Of a stretch of 64,000 nt of DNA, positions 1-10,462 are shown piece by piece (position 1 is the first letter of the stretch; each line of letters begins with the position of its first letter). The notes under the pieces were generated by a model. It was not told the origin of the DNA. It made no database searches and saw nothing but the letters and a program-made list of their open reading frames with translations. The stretch is from the NCBI GenBank assembly GCA_965660855.1, contig CBFIBM010000004.1, positions 44,698-108,697 of the forward strand, read 5' to 3'. A program made the position numbers and the translations under genes. This stretch comes from an uncultured bacterium (GTDB lineage: Bacteria > Fidelibacterota > Marinisomatia > Marinisomatales > UBA1611).

Positions 1-270
1 GATATTTTTGTTGTTGATGCAGCTTTGATTTATGAATCTGGAGCTGATACACATATGGATTATGTATTAGTGGTAACTTCTCACTTGGGTTTAAGAATTG
101 AAAGAGCTTTATCCAAAGGAGATTTAAGTAGAGAAGAGTTCTTGAAGCGTGCAGACCTACAATGGCCAGATGAAGATAAAATACACTTAGCTGATTTTGT
201 TATTCAAAATAACGGATCTGAAGAAGACTTATTGAATGAAACAAAAAAAACATACGACTTATTAACTTAA
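1..270 (+). CDS. coaE: Dephospho-CoA kinase, 5'-truncated by the window edge
   Basis: Frame 1 is open from base 1 (DIFVVDAALIYESG...ADFVIQNNGS), matching the CoaE C-terminal motifs; TAA at 268-270. Confidence 0.9.
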   Translation, partial: DIFVVDAALIYESGADTHMDYVLVVTSHLGLRIERALSKGDLSREEFLKRADLQWPDEDKIHLADFVIQNNGSEEDLLNETKKTYDLLT

Positions 271-272
271 CT

Positions 273-767
273 TTACTTTTTAAGAGCGATAGGTTTATCT
301 AGTATTTCTTTCAATACGAAGGCTCTCTTTATGCTATTTGATGAACTAAACAACTTCTTCTTAAGACTTTTCTTGTTATTCCATTTATTACCTAGGTGTA
401 ATTCTTTTCTGTCAGCTAAGTCTGAATGGTAGATTTTATCTTCAAAATTCTCTTTTTTGTTTAATTCAATACTTGTCTCAGATTTATCTAGATTAAGCTC
501 TTCTTCAATTAATTCATTTTTAACTTCTTTATTTAGAACCTCAAAATCGTCTGTAATTTGTTCCGAATCTATTGATTGTTCTTCAAACGTATCCAATGTT
601 TCTTTTTGATTAAAAAGGTTTAATAGAAGATCATCTATGCCTTCTTCTTTCTTTGGGGTATCCCAGTCTGAATCAGATTCTATTTCACGATTCTTTTGAT
701 CTTTTTTCCTTTTATTTAAATAACCAGATATAAGATATAAAAATAATAAACCAACGCTTTCCCACAT
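273..767 (-). CDS. Membrane-anchored acidic protein, YqfB-like, last gene of the flotillin operon
   Basis: N-terminal TM helix followed by a basic patch, acidic linker, and C-terminal AFVLKEILDKPIAL of the kind found in genes downstream of floA. Confidence 0.6.
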   Translation of the reverse strand: MWESVGLLFLYLISGYLNKRKKDQKNREIESDSDWDTPKKEEGIDDLLLNLFNQKETLDTFEEQSIDSEQITDDFEVLNKEVKNELIEEELNLDKSETSIELNKKENFEDKIYHSDLADRKELHLGNKWNNKKSLKKKLFSSSNSIKRAFVLKEILDKPIALKK

Positions 768-1543
768 TATTTATTTGGCCTCTCTATCAGAAATAATATT
801 CCATTGCATAATATTTCGTTAATTAACGGCACCCAGTGAAAAGGATTTTTTATTTTAGGTAGATTAAAACGATAAGAATATGCAGGCCTGAGCAGCCAAT
901 TACTTTCCTTGATAATATTAAAACCTGTTTTACTTAATATTCGTTTCATTTCTTTAATTGAAACCCTTGTCTTCTTTGTCTCAATAAGGTATTCAATTTT
1001 TTTTTGTGGGCAATTAATTAGCTTTAAATAATTCACATATAAGAAATTAGGAAAGATGTGCAAATATGGAAGTTTTCCTAAAATATTTGGTATAGTCTGC
1101 TGATGCCCTGCATAAGCACAATATTTAGGAGGATACGACATGAAAAGTTTTCCTTTTTTTTTCAATAATTTAAAAATATTTTTCAATGCTAGTTCCTTAT
1201 TAGGAATATGTTCAATTACATCTCTTAAAATAATTATATCAAATTTTATGGGTATTTCATTTTTGTATGATTCTGAATTACAAATATTTGCTTGAAAAAT
1301 ATTAATAGAATTATTTTTATTCAGCTCCAATGCATTCCCAAAACGAATATCAGAAAGCTCTATTCCATGACAATTAGCACCCTTATTTGTAAAATATTTT
1401 AAAAGTCCTGCTTCTGCACAACCAACTTCTAAAATCTTTTTCCCATATAAATCTTTTTCTTCTAAAAATGAATGTAAAAAATTTTTCCCATACCATTCCT
1501 GCTCACTATAGCACCTAAGACATCTATCCGAAATTTTATCCAC
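767..1543 (-). CDS. Class I SAM-dependent methyltransferase
   Basis: Motif I ILEVGCAEAG and FDIIILRDVIEHI; GTG start. Confidence 0.85.
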   Translation of the reverse strand: MDKISDRCLRCYSEQEWYGKNFLHSFLEEKDLYGKKILEVGCAEAGLLKYFTNKGANCHGIELSDIRFGNALELNKNNSINIFQANICNSESYKNEIPIKFDIIILRDVIEHIPNKELALKNIFKLLKKKGKLFMSYPPKYCAYAGHQQTIPNILGKLPYLHIFPNFLYVNYLKLINCPQKKIEYLIETKKTRVSIKEMKRILSKTGFNIIKESNWLLRPAYSYRFNLPKIKNPFHWVPLINEILCNGILFLIERPNK

Positions 1544-1584
1544 AACGATGCTTTATGTATCTTATTCTAATTGTACATAAATTA

Positions 1585-2592
1585 TTAATTTTCGTTGGAA
1601 TCGCCGCTAGCATCAGCAGAACTAGTATCAGAGATTGCATCTCTCATTATTGTATCTGATTTTATATTTTCCATTTTATAATAATCCATAATCCCCAAAT
1701 TACCATCTCTAAATGCTTGAGCCATTGCTTTAGGAACTGTTGCTTCAGATTCAACGACTTTAGCTCTCATCTCTTGTGTTTTAGCAGTCATCTCTTGCTC
1801 TTCTGCAACTGCCATTGCTCTTCGAGTTTCTGCTTTTGCTTGAGCAACTCTTAAATCCGCTTCTGCTTGATCAGCTTGTAAAGAAGCGCCAATATTTTTC
1901 CCAACATCTAAATCCGCAATATCAATTGATAAAATTTCAAATGCGGTTCCCGCATCAAGCCCTTTGTCTAGAACAGCGCGTGAAATATTGTCTGGATTTT
2001 CTAGAACCTGAGAATAATTTTTAGCAGAACCAATGGCTGAAACAATGCCTTCACCAACTCTTGCAATAATCGTATCATCTGTTGCACCTCCAACTAAGCC
2101 AGGTAAGTTCGTTCTAACAGTAACTCTCGCTCTGGCTTTTAGCTCAATTCCATCTTTTGCAACCGCTGCTAAATAACCTTCTTTAGGAGCATTGATAACT
2201 TTAGGATATACAGATGTCTGGACTGCATTTAAAACATCGCGCCCAGCTAAATCAATAGCTGTAGCTGTTTCAAATTTTAAAGCTATATCGGCTTTGTCAG
2301 CAGCAATAAGAGCTGAGACGATATTCTGAACATTCCCACCTGCTAGGTAATGTGTTTCTAACATATCTGTAGAGATATCCTGTAGGCCTGCTTTATGAAG
2401 ATTTATAACTCCATCAGTTACCAACCTAGGTGATATTTTTCGTAGTCGCATTCTAATTAAATCCACAATTCTAATTCTTCCTATCCCAAGAGAGACTATA
2501 CCTTGAATCCACATTCCAACTGGAACAAAATAAAAAACTGTTAGAGTCACAAAAACAATTACTCCAAGCATAAACATTTGTATAAACGGCAT
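1585..2592 (-). CDS. floA: Flotillin-like protein FloA (YqfA family)
   Basis: [20 protein letters not shown] and [11 protein letters not shown] signatures; AQAKAE coiled coil. Confidence 0.95.
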   Translation of the reverse strand: MPFIQMFMLGVIVFVTLTVFYFVPVGMWIQGIVSLGIGRIRIVDLIRMRLRKISPRLVTDGVINLHKAGLQDISTDMLETHYLAGGNVQNIVSALIAADKADIALKFETATAIDLAGRDVLNAVQTSVYPKVINAPKEGYLAAVAKDGIELKARARVTVRTNLPGLVGGATDDTIIARVGEGIVSAIGSAKNYSQVLENPDNISRAVLDKGLDAGTAFEILSIDIADLDVGKNIGASLQADQAEADLRVAQAKAETRRAMAVAEEQEMTAKTQEMRAKVVESEATVPKAMAQAFRDGNLGIMDYYKMENIKSDTIMRDAISDTSSADASGDSNEN

Positions 2593-2611
2593 AATTAATT
2601 CCTCATTTTAT

Positions 2612-3952
2612 TTATAGTTTTCTCACTAATATTCTATTTCCATCGACTGATAAAATTTTAACTTTTTCTCCTTTATCAATAAAACCACCTTCACTAACAA
2701 CAAAAACACGATTTTTTTCCACATTTACCCATCCTGAAGGATTTAAATCGGTATCAGTTTTACCAATTTCATTAACTAAGGTCTCCCAACCAAATGAGTT
2801 TGTGAAACCATCTTCTTTTTTTTGGGATCCTGGAGCTGTTAATTGCTTCCAAAATTTTGTTTTTATCATAACTTTTAATAATAAATATATTCCAACTAAC
2901 GCTCCCAGAAGACCTATTGTAAAACCATCCATGGCACTACCTAAAACTTCTTCACTTACAGGGACATCAGGAATCAAAAGTAAATATAAACCATATATGA
3001 TGACACCTAATCCAGAAACACCAACAATGCCAAAACCCGGTATAACAAAAGCCTCAAGCATTATTAGTGCAAAACCCGTAATAATTAAGAGCATATCGGA
3101 CATAGTTGCTAATTGAGCTATATATGAGGCACTTAAAGATAAAATTAAGCAAACTATACCGACAAAACCTGGGATACCCCATCCTGGACTCTGAAGCTCA
3201 AAGAGTATACCTAAAAAACCAAATGTTGTTAATAGCGAAGCAACAACGGGGTTGGTTAAAAAGCGTACTAAGTTTTCCGACCAATTTTCAATATTTTGTC
3301 TCACTTTATATTTTGAATAATCTAACTTAATTATTAAGTCATTAAATGTTTCTGCTTTCCCATCAGAAATTTTATACTTTAATGCTTGTTCAGTCGTCAA
3401 AGAAATCAACTTTCCATCTTTTCTTCCTTCGATATCATTCACCGCAATTGAATCACTATTTATTACTAAATGTGTAAACTTCAATTCTTCATCAACCATG
3501 CCTCTGGCAATTTCAGCATTCCTTCCTCTTTTTTCCGCAGTTGAGGCCATTTCCTCTCGCATAAAACTAATTACTTTCTCGCTACCTTTTTTACCAGACA
3601 TATCGACTGCAGTAGCTGCACCAATAAGGCCACCTTCAGTCATATATATTTTTTCGCAAGATAGTGATATTAGTGCGCCTGCCGAAATAGCTCTTCTATT
3701 AATAAAGGCTATCGTCGTAATTTTAGAGCTCAAAATTGCATCTTTAATTTGTGTTGCAGCATCTACTCTTCCTCCAAAGGTGTTTATTTCAAAAATTATT
3801 GCTTCTGCATTTTCTGATTCAGCTTGAGATATTACACGTTTAATAAAAGGAGGTAGTCCTAAATCAATCGTTCCTTCAATTGGAACTTTGTAAATAATTT
3901 CGGATACTAATGATGATATTAATAATAAAAATATAAAAACTGGTTTTTTCAT
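2612..3952 (-). CDS. nfeD: NfeD-family membrane-bound ClpP-class serine protease (YqeZ-like)
   Basis: INTFGGRVDAA, AISAGALI, TM bundle and C-terminal OB-fold (TDLNPSG); adjacent to floA. Confidence 0.92.
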   Translation of the reverse strand: MKKPVFIFLLLISSLVSEIIYKVPIEGTIDLGLPPFIKRVISQAESENAEAIIFEINTFGGRVDAATQIKDAILSSKITTIAFINRRAISAGALISLSCEKIYMTEGGLIGAATAVDMSGKKGSEKVISFMREEMASTAEKRGRNAEIARGMVDEELKFTHLVINSDSIAVNDIEGRKDGKLISLTTEQALKYKISDGKAETFNDLIIKLDYSKYKVRQNIENWSENLVRFLTNPVVASLLTTFGFLGILFELQSPGWGIPGFVGIVCLILSLSASYIAQLATMSDMLLIITGFALIMLEAFVIPGFGIVGVSGLGVIIYGLYLLLIPDVPVSEEVLGSAMDGFTIGLLGALVGIYLLLKVMIKTKFWKQLTAPGSQKKEDGFTNSFGWETLVNEIGKTDTDLNPSGWVNVEKNRVFVVSEGGFIDKGEKVKILSVDGNRILVRKL

Positions 3953-4037
3953 ACTATCAAATTTGAGGATAAAACATCTTTAGAAAAACAAAAATCGAAT
4001 ATAATAAAACCCTTATAAATTGTAATTTATGTAGCTA

Positions 4038-4907
4038 ATGAAACCCAAACATCAATTTACATATTTTGTTCTTATTATTTTTAAAAAACTTATATCTAAT
4101 TTGTCTGATAGAACGAGATATAAATTATCAACTTATATTGGTAAAATTCTTTTTCATATTTTTAAAGTGAGAAGGGGCGTAGCTGAAAATAATATAAAGA
4201 GAGCATTCCCATTGTGGAACAATGAAAAAATTAATAGAACATTAGAAAAGACTTATATTTTTTTCAGTAATAACCTCATCAATTTTATTGGGTTTCCATT
4301 TACTTGGAAGAATTCAACCTTTAATGTAAGCGGGTCAAATTTTCTTGATAGTTCTTTTAAAAAAGGTAATGGAATAATAATGATTACCGGTCATTTTGGA
4401 GCATGGGAAATACTTGGTAAATGGTTAGGTGATTATGCAAACCTATTTACTGGAGTTGCGTTTAAACAGAAAAACTTAGGGGCACATAAATTTTTCATAG
4501 AACAAAGAGAGCTATCTAAGACACAACATATTTTTAAAAAAGAGTCCATTAAAAAAATGTATAGAGTTTTAGAGTTGAATGGAATACTTGGACTTGTGAG
4601 TGATCAAGATGCTGGTAAAAAAGGCACTTTTGTAAATTTTTTTGGTAGTAAGGCATCAACTCCAAAAGGAGCTGCTTTATTTTTTCTGAATACAAAATCT
4701 CCAATGATATTTGCATCATGTATTCAATTATCATTCCAAAATTATAAGATTGAATTTATTCCAATTGAAATCAAAAAGGAGTATCTCAATGATAAAGATG
4801 TTGAAAACATAACACAAACATATACTACGTTCCTTGAAAATTATATCAAGAAATATCCTGAACAATATTTTTGGTTTCATAAAAGATGGAAAACTAAAGA
4901 GTCCTAA
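4038..4907 (+). CDS. Lipid A late acyltransferase (LpxL/HtrB family)
   Basis: HFGAWE catalytic motif, DQDAG, and PEQYFWFHKRWK C-terminus. Confidence 0.9.
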   Translation: MKPKHQFTYFVLIIFKKLISNLSDRTRYKLSTYIGKILFHIFKVRRGVAENNIKRAFPLWNNEKINRTLEKTYIFFSNNLINFIGFPFTWKNSTFNVSGSNFLDSSFKKGNGIIMITGHFGAWEILGKWLGDYANLFTGVAFKQKNLGAHKFFIEQRELSKTQHIFKKESIKKMYRVLELNGILGLVSDQDAGKKGTFVNFFGSKASTPKGAALFFLNTKSPMIFASCIQLSFQNYKIEFIPIEIKKEYLNDKDVENITQTYTTFLENYIKKYPEQYFWFHKRWKTKES

Positions 4908-4910
4908 AAA

Positions 4911-5483
4911 ATGATTAAGAACCTTAATTATAAAAATAAAACAGCTTTGAAAAGAGCCTGTCAAATTCTAAAAGCAGGTGGCATAATTGTATATCCAACC
5001 GATACATTATATGGTTTTGGCTGTGATGCTAATAATAATGACTCGATAAAAAAAATAAATGAACTTAAAAATCGAATAGCTCCAATGAGCATCATTGTAA
5101 ATTCAAAAAAAATGGTAAAACCATGGCTAAATGTTAAAACTTCTGCGAAAACTAAGATATTGGATATGCTTAGTGGAGGGGGTACTATAATTGTTCCAAT
5201 TAAAGTTAATATTGTTTCTAATTTAATTTGCGGCCCAAATAACAGTCTAGGAATACGAATTCCAAATCATCCTTTCTGTAAAAAATTAACTCGTCTTTAC
5301 CCTAACCCCATCACAACCACAAGCGTAAATCGCACCAAAACACCTCCTATGACTGACCCATTTAAAATTTATGAAGAATTTTCAAATAGCGTTGATCTCA
5401 TAATCGAAGACGGAATAATTAAGGGTAAAGGCTCTACTATTAATCTGTATAAAGGCGATAGCACTTGGGAAAAAATTAGATGA
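4911..5483 (+). CDS. tsaC: L-threonylcarbamoyladenylate synthase (TsaC/YrdC)
   Basis: YPTDTLYGFGC, GIRIPNH and TTSVN motifs. Confidence 0.9.
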   Translation: MIKNLNYKNKTALKRACQILKAGGIIVYPTDTLYGFGCDANNNDSIKKINELKNRIAPMSIIVNSKKMVKPWLNVKTSAKTKILDMLSGGGTIIVPIKVNIVSNLICGPNNSLGIRIPNHPFCKKLTRLYPNPITTTSVNRTKTPPMTDPFKIYEEFSNSVDLIIEDGIIKGKGSTINLYKGDSTWEKIR

Positions 5484-6187
5484 GAAAAGTAATTATTGCG
5501 CTGCTATCCATGGTCCTTATATTCCCATTTAGTGGAAAACTAAACATTGGTGAAGTTTTAAAATATGAAGCATCTTTCTCAAATATAAATGCTGGAGAAG
5601 GAAGTTTAAAAGTTTTTGGAATTGAAAAAATCAGAGATAGCGAAACATACCACGTTCAGTTTAAAGCAAATACAAAAGGGCTTACAAATAAAATTTTTCC
5701 CATAAGAGATGTAATTGATCTCTGGCTCGATAAAAAAAGTCTTCTTCCATTAAGAGTTAAGTCAAGTATTCGAGAAGGACGATATCGTAAGGAGGAAGAT
5801 ATTTATTTATTTCAAAAAGAGAACTATGCATTAAAGGATGATAAAAAAATTTTAATCAAAGAAAATACCCACTCCCCTTTCTCACTTTTTTATTTTTTTA
5901 GAAGTATAGATTTAAAAAATTTTGTTAAAAAAAATATAAATACCTTACAAGGAGATAAAGTTAAAACATTAAATGTGAATATTAAAAAGGATGTAAATAT
6001 TTTTGTCCCAGCAGGAAATTTTAAATGTATCCGCGTTACGCCATCGCAAATAGAAGGGGAAAAATTTAAAAATGATGCAAAGATGGATATTTATTTTTCG
6101 GATGATGTAAAATCATATCCAGTAAAAATTAAAATTAAATTAAACTTTGGATCTTTGATTCTTAAGCTGAAAGAAATATCTAATTAA
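5480..6187 (+). CDS. Exported DUF3108-like protein
   Basis: Signal peptide, GEVLKY, VPAGNFKC and PVKIKIKLNFG patterns. Confidence 0.7.
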   Translation: MRKVIIALLSMVLIFPFSGKLNIGEVLKYEASFSNINAGEGSLKVFGIEKIRDSETYHVQFKANTKGLTNKIFPIRDVIDLWLDKKSLLPLRVKSSIREGRYRKEEDIYLFQKENYALKDDKKILIKENTHSPFSLFYFFRSIDLKNFVKKNINTLQGDKVKTLNVNIKKDVNIFVPAGNFKCIRVTPSQIEGEKFKNDAKMDIYFSDDVKSYPVKIKIKLNFGSLILKLKEISN

Positions 6188-7349
6188 ATAACCTCGTTAT
6201 ATCTGAAAATATAACTGTAAACATTAATATTAGAAGAAATGCCATCCCAATTTGCTGAATAACCATTTTTGTTTTGATTGTTAACGGCTTTCTTATAACT
6301 CCTTCAATTAAATGGATAAAGATATGACCACCGTCTAATCCGGGAATTGGTAAAATATTTAAAAAAGCTAAGTTTACACTTAATAAAGCCATAAAAGTAA
6401 AATATGGTATCAAACCTGCCTCAGCTGTCTGCCCTGCTAATTGGGCAATCATAATTGGTCCACCTAAATCTCGAACCGATGCAGAACCTGAAAATAACAT
6501 CCCAATACTAGAAATAATCAAGTCAAAACTAGATATTGTTCTATCTATTCCAATTAGTATAGATGCGGTAAGGTCTATATTTTTATAATAAAATTCTGGT
6601 GAAATTCCAATTATCCCAATGGTATCAATTACACCCTTTTGAGGGATTAAAGTGAATGAAGTTTTTAAACTAAAGTTTTTTGATTGTCCATCTCTATCAA
6701 TTGTAATTTCTAAATTTTCTAGTGGCTTAGCATGGATAACAGTAGTCATATCTTCCCAAGTGGATATGTATGTATTGCCTATTTTTGTAATTCTATCTCC
6801 GGGTAAAATTCCTGCTTGTTCTGCCGGCATATTTTCTTGAAGTTGAAACACAACTGGATCTTTACTATATTCTGGAATTCCTTGAAAATATCCTATAGAT
6901 GAAAAGATAAAAATGGCTAAAAGTATATTCATCAATACCCCAGCACTTAGAATCCAAATTTTTGCCCATAAGGGTTTGGACATAAATTCATCATCTTTAC
7001 CATAAATAGTTGCATCCATATTTTCATCAAGCATTCCAGCCATTTTTACATATCCGCCCAATGGTAATAATGCTATAACATATTCTGTATTTGTACCAAT
7101 TCTATTCCTTTTATTGAAAAAAGTTTCAAAAATAGGTGCCCACTTAAAGGAGTCCCCTACTCGTTTATAGAAGAAAAGTCTAAATAACCAGCCTTTGTTT
7201 TTTGAGGTGATAGTGAAGATTCGAGGTGGCATACCAATAGAAAACTTTTCTACATACACACCAACGGATCTTGCAGCAAGAAAATGACCCAACTCATGGA
7301 TTGTAACAAGAATACCGAGTAGTATTATAAATGAAATTAAAGTTGTCAT
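6180..7349 (-). CDS. rseP: RIP zinc metalloprotease RseP
   Basis: HELGH, PLGGYVKM, one PDZ domain, NILPIPGLDGG. Confidence 0.95.
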   Translation of the reverse strand: MTTLISFIILLGILVTIHELGHFLAARSVGVYVEKFSIGMPPRIFTITSKNKGWLFRLFFYKRVGDSFKWAPIFETFFNKRNRIGTNTEYVIALLPLGGYVKMAGMLDENMDATIYGKDDEFMSKPLWAKIWILSAGVLMNILLAIFIFSSIGYFQGIPEYSKDPVVFQLQENMPAEQAGILPGDRITKIGNTYISTWEDMTTVIHAKPLENLEITIDRDGQSKNFSLKTSFTLIPQKGVIDTIGIIGISPEFYYKNIDLTASILIGIDRTISSFDLIISSIGMLFSGSASVRDLGGPIMIAQLAGQTAEAGLIPYFTFMALLSVNLAFLNILPIPGLDGGHIFIHLIEGVIRKPLTIKTKMVIQQIGMAFLLILMFTVIFSDITRLFN

Positions 7350-7391
7350 ATAAGTAAAATTAATATCTTAAAATACATAAAATCCACTTAC

Positions 7392-8540
7392 CTATGAAAA
7401 ACCTTTTACGTGTTCTTTTACCCATAATTCTAATTCTACTAAATTTTTTAAATCAGGTTTTTGTTCCCAATCATGTTTATCAAGACAAGATTTATTAATT
7501 TTAAAAATATCAGTGAATTTTATTTTATTTTTTAAAAATAAATCTACAGAATAATCATTTGCTAAGTTGAGTGCCGCACCAGCAGTCCCTTTCCTACGTA
7601 ATGATTGGAATGCTAATTCAATACAAGGGAATCTTTGAAAATCAGGTTTTTGAAATGTTAAATCTTGACATTCAAAAAAATTTAATCTTTCCCAAGGCGA
7701 GTCTACATGTCTTGGATACATCAAAGCATATTGAATAGGTACTTTCATATCTGGAACACCCATTTGCGCTTTTATTGATCCGTCTTTTAATTCTATCATT
7801 GAGTGCACAATCGATTGTGGATGGACAATAATTTTAATGTTTTCTAATTCAAAATTAAATAGCCAATATGCTTCTATTACCTCTAATCCTTTATTCATCA
7901 TTGTTGCACTATCAATAGATATTTTTTTTCCCATATCCCAATTAGGGTGTTTAAGGGCCTCCTCAACTGAAATTTCAGAAAAAGTTGAAAGTTTTCTTTG
8001 TCTAAATGGCCCACCACTACCTGTTAAAATTAAATTTCTTACATCCTCTAGTTGCTCTCCCTGTAGACATTGCCAAATTGCAGAATGCTCGCTATCTACC
8101 GGAAAAAGTTCTGCTTCAGATTTCTCTAAAGCTTCTTTTATGATTTGTCCAGCCATTACTAAGCTTTCTTTATTTGAAAGTGCTACATTAACACCAGAAT
8201 TTATAGCATTTAGCGTGGGTCTCATTCCTGCCGAGCCAACTAAACCATTTAACATTATATCAACATTATCTCTAGATGCTATCTCTAAAAGACCTTCTCT
8301 TCCTTTAAATACCTTAATTGAAGTGTTACTTAAATAGGATTTTACTTCATCATATTTAAGTTCATTTGAAATACATACTGCTTGAGGTCTAAACTTTAAA
8401 GCTTGTTCAATTAAAAGGTCTGAATTGTTGTTTGCAGTCAGGTAAACTACTTCAATGCTATCTTTAAGATGAGAAATCACTTTCAGTGAAGAAACTCCAA
8501 TAGACCCTGTTGATCCAAGTAATGATATCCTTTTTAACAT
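7392..8540 (-). CDS. dxr: 1-deoxy-D-xylulose-5-phosphate reductoisomerase
   Basis: LGSTGSIG, PVDSEHSA, HPNWDMG, NKGLEVIEA. Confidence 0.97.
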   Translation of the reverse strand: MLKRISLLGSTGSIGVSSLKVISHLKDSIEVVYLTANNNSDLLIEQALKFRPQAVCISNELKYDEVKSYLSNTSIKVFKGREGLLEIASRDNVDIMLNGLVGSAGMRPTLNAINSGVNVALSNKESLVMAGQIIKEALEKSEAELFPVDSEHSAIWQCLQGEQLEDVRNLILTGSGGPFRQRKLSTFSEISVEEALKHPNWDMGKKISIDSATMMNKGLEVIEAYWLFNFELENIKIIVHPQSIVHSMIELKDGSIKAQMGVPDMKVPIQYALMYPRHVDSPWERLNFFECQDLTFQKPDFQRFPCIELAFQSLRRKGTAGAALNLANDYSVDLFLKNKIKFTDIFKINKSCLDKHDWEQKPDLKNLVELELWVKEHVKGFS

Positions 8541-9211
8541 TAAAATATTTCCTTACATAAATTTATTGATAATGAAATTATTTGATTACTTAGTTTTAAG
8601 CCAAAACCAAGATCTAAAAAATAATTTTTATATAAGCAATCAATCTCAAAATAGTTTAACTGCCCTTTTTTTCGCTGTATATCATTTGAAATTCGAAAAA
8701 TTGAAGTTTTTATAAACATTGAACCAGCCCCATATCGAAAATGAAAATTTTTCAACTCCACCCATTTTTTAAGTTCAATATTAATTGAACTTAAAAAAAA
8801 ATGTTCTAATCCTTTTATATCCGTTCTTTGAACTATAAATAAATTATTTAAGGTATCATCATTCGTTCCAAAATAATACTGAACTCCTGCTCCTAAAATT
8901 TGAGGTGTTTCATCATCAAATTGAAAACTAAAAACCTTAGATGAAAGCATTAAGTTTTTTGATATCTGGGCAGAAAAATTTATTTTAGGATAAAATGTAT
9001 TATTTTTAAACCCACTTATTGTAAGATACGAATTTTGAAAGTGAATTTTTGCTTTACTATTGGGGTTTATAGTTGGTGTTTGTGAAAGCAAATAACCTGT
9101 ACTTAATAAAATATGCTCCTCACAGTTGTCACAATTTTCTAAATCAAAATTAGATGATGCCGATGAAATAAGGACAACAAAAAAAATCCAATACTTCATT
9201 AAAGGTTTCAT
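8540..9211 (-). CDS. Hypothetical exported protein, possible outer-membrane beta-barrel
   Basis: Signal peptide, alternating amphipathic strands, C-terminal Phe. Confidence 0.5.
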   Translation of the reverse strand: MKPLMKYWIFFVVLISSASSNFDLENCDNCEEHILLSTGYLLSQTPTINPNSKAKIHFQNSYLTISGFKNNTFYPKINFSAQISKNLMLSSKVFSFQFDDETPQILGAGVQYYFGTNDDTLNNLFIVQRTDIKGLEHFFLSSINIELKKWVELKNFHFRYGAGSMFIKTSIFRISNDIQRKKGQLNYFEIDCLYKNYFLDLGFGLKLSNQIISLSINLCKEIF

Positions 9212-9220
9212 TAATTTAAA

Positions 9221-9985
9221 TTAAATTATTCCACGTTTTGATGTATCAATAAAATATAATATCTGTTTTTTAAATGGGGAGTCTGGAAACTTTTCTTTTA
9301 TTTTTAAAATAGATTCATTTCTGTTCCGTTTTGAATGGAAATATTCTTTATAGATCTCTTTAATTATTTTTCTATCAACTGGCGAGAATCCTCTTCTTTT
9401 TAACCCTGTCCCATTTATACCTTGATATGATAAGGGAGTTTCCGCAGCTAAAATATATGGTGGTATATCTTGTACAACTCTAAACCCTCCTCCAACAAAA
9501 GCATGTTCACCAATTTTGGTAAATTGATGAACAAGAACGCCACCACCAAGCACAACCCAGTTTTCAACTTCAACATGTCCGCCTAAAGTTGTTAGGTTTG
9601 ACATAATTACATTATCACCTATTATACAATCATGAGCAACATGTGTGGAAGCCATTAATAAACACTCAGATCCCACTCGAGTTTCTCCTGAAGCCGAAGT
9701 ACCCCTATTAATAGTAACATATTCACGTATTGTCGTTGCTCTACCAATAATAGTTTTGGTCTTTTCACCATCAAATTTTAAATCTTGTGGAATCTCTCCA
9801 ATTGAAGATGCGTGAAATATTCTACAATTAGACCCAATTTTAGTATTAGAAAAAATATTAACATGATTCCCTATAATCGTATTATCTCCAATATCAACAT
9901 CACCTTCAACTATAGAATAAGGACCAATCTTTACATTATCTCCTAGATTGGCTTTTCTATCGATAATTGCTGTTTTATGTATCAA
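9221..9985 (-). CDS. lpxA: UDP-N-acetylglucosamine acyltransferase LpxA
   Basis: Hexapeptide repeats, PQDLKF, HVAHDC, HQF, GLKRRGF. Confidence 0.97.
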   Translation of the reverse strand: MIHKTAIIDRKANLGDNVKIGPYSIVEGDVDIGDNTIIGNHVNIFSNTKIGSNCRIFHASSIGEIPQDLKFDGEKTKTIIGRATTIREYVTINRGTSASGETRVGSECLLMASTHVAHDCIIGDNVIMSNLTTLGGHVEVENWVVLGGGVLVHQFTKIGEHAFVGGGFRVVQDIPPYILAAETPLSYQGINGTGLKRRGFSPVDRKIIKEIYKEYFHSKRNRNESILKIKEKFPDSPFKKQILYFIDTSKRGII

Positions 9986-9995
9986 ATTTGAAATG

Positions 9996-10460
9996 TTATT
10001 CTCTCGCTCTATCTACAAGGTTCGCTGCAAATTTTGCTTCTGCTACAAGGGTATCGTCTACGTAGCATTTCCCGTGAAACTTACATAAATTTAATTTTCT
10101 TTTTGCTAACTCCATATGGACTTTTAATTGATCTCCGGGAGTAATCGGTTTTCTAAACTTTGCACTTTCAACAGTTGAGAAGAACATATTCATAGATAAA
10201 GGGTCCTTAATTTGGCTTAACATTAAAAAGGACCCTGCCTGTGCCATAATCTCAAGAGAGAGAACGCCTGGCATAACTGGCTGTCCTGGAAAGTGCCCTT
10301 GAAAAAAGGGTTCATTTATTGTCATATTTTTTAATGCTACAAGTGATTTACCTTCTTCTATTATATTTATTCTATCTATTAGAATAAATGGATATCTATG
10401 AGGTAATATTTTTATAATATCATTTATATCAAAATCTTTTTGATTTATTAAACTATTCAT
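9996..10460 (-). CDS. fabZ: 3-hydroxyacyl-ACP dehydratase FabZ
   Basis: LPHRYPF and FFQGHFP...MPGVLSLE; start placed at the ATG (10460) 2 nt after the lpxC stop, preceded by GGGGGA. Confidence 0.93.
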   Translation of the reverse strand: MNSLINQKDFDINDIIKILPHRYPFILIDRINIIEEGKSLVALKNMTINEPFFQGHFPGQPVMPGVLSLEIMAQAGSFLMLSQIKDPLSMNMFFSTVESAKFRKPITPGDQLKVHMELAKRKLNLCKFHGKCYVDDTLVAEAKFAANLVDRARE

Positions 10461-10462
10461 TA

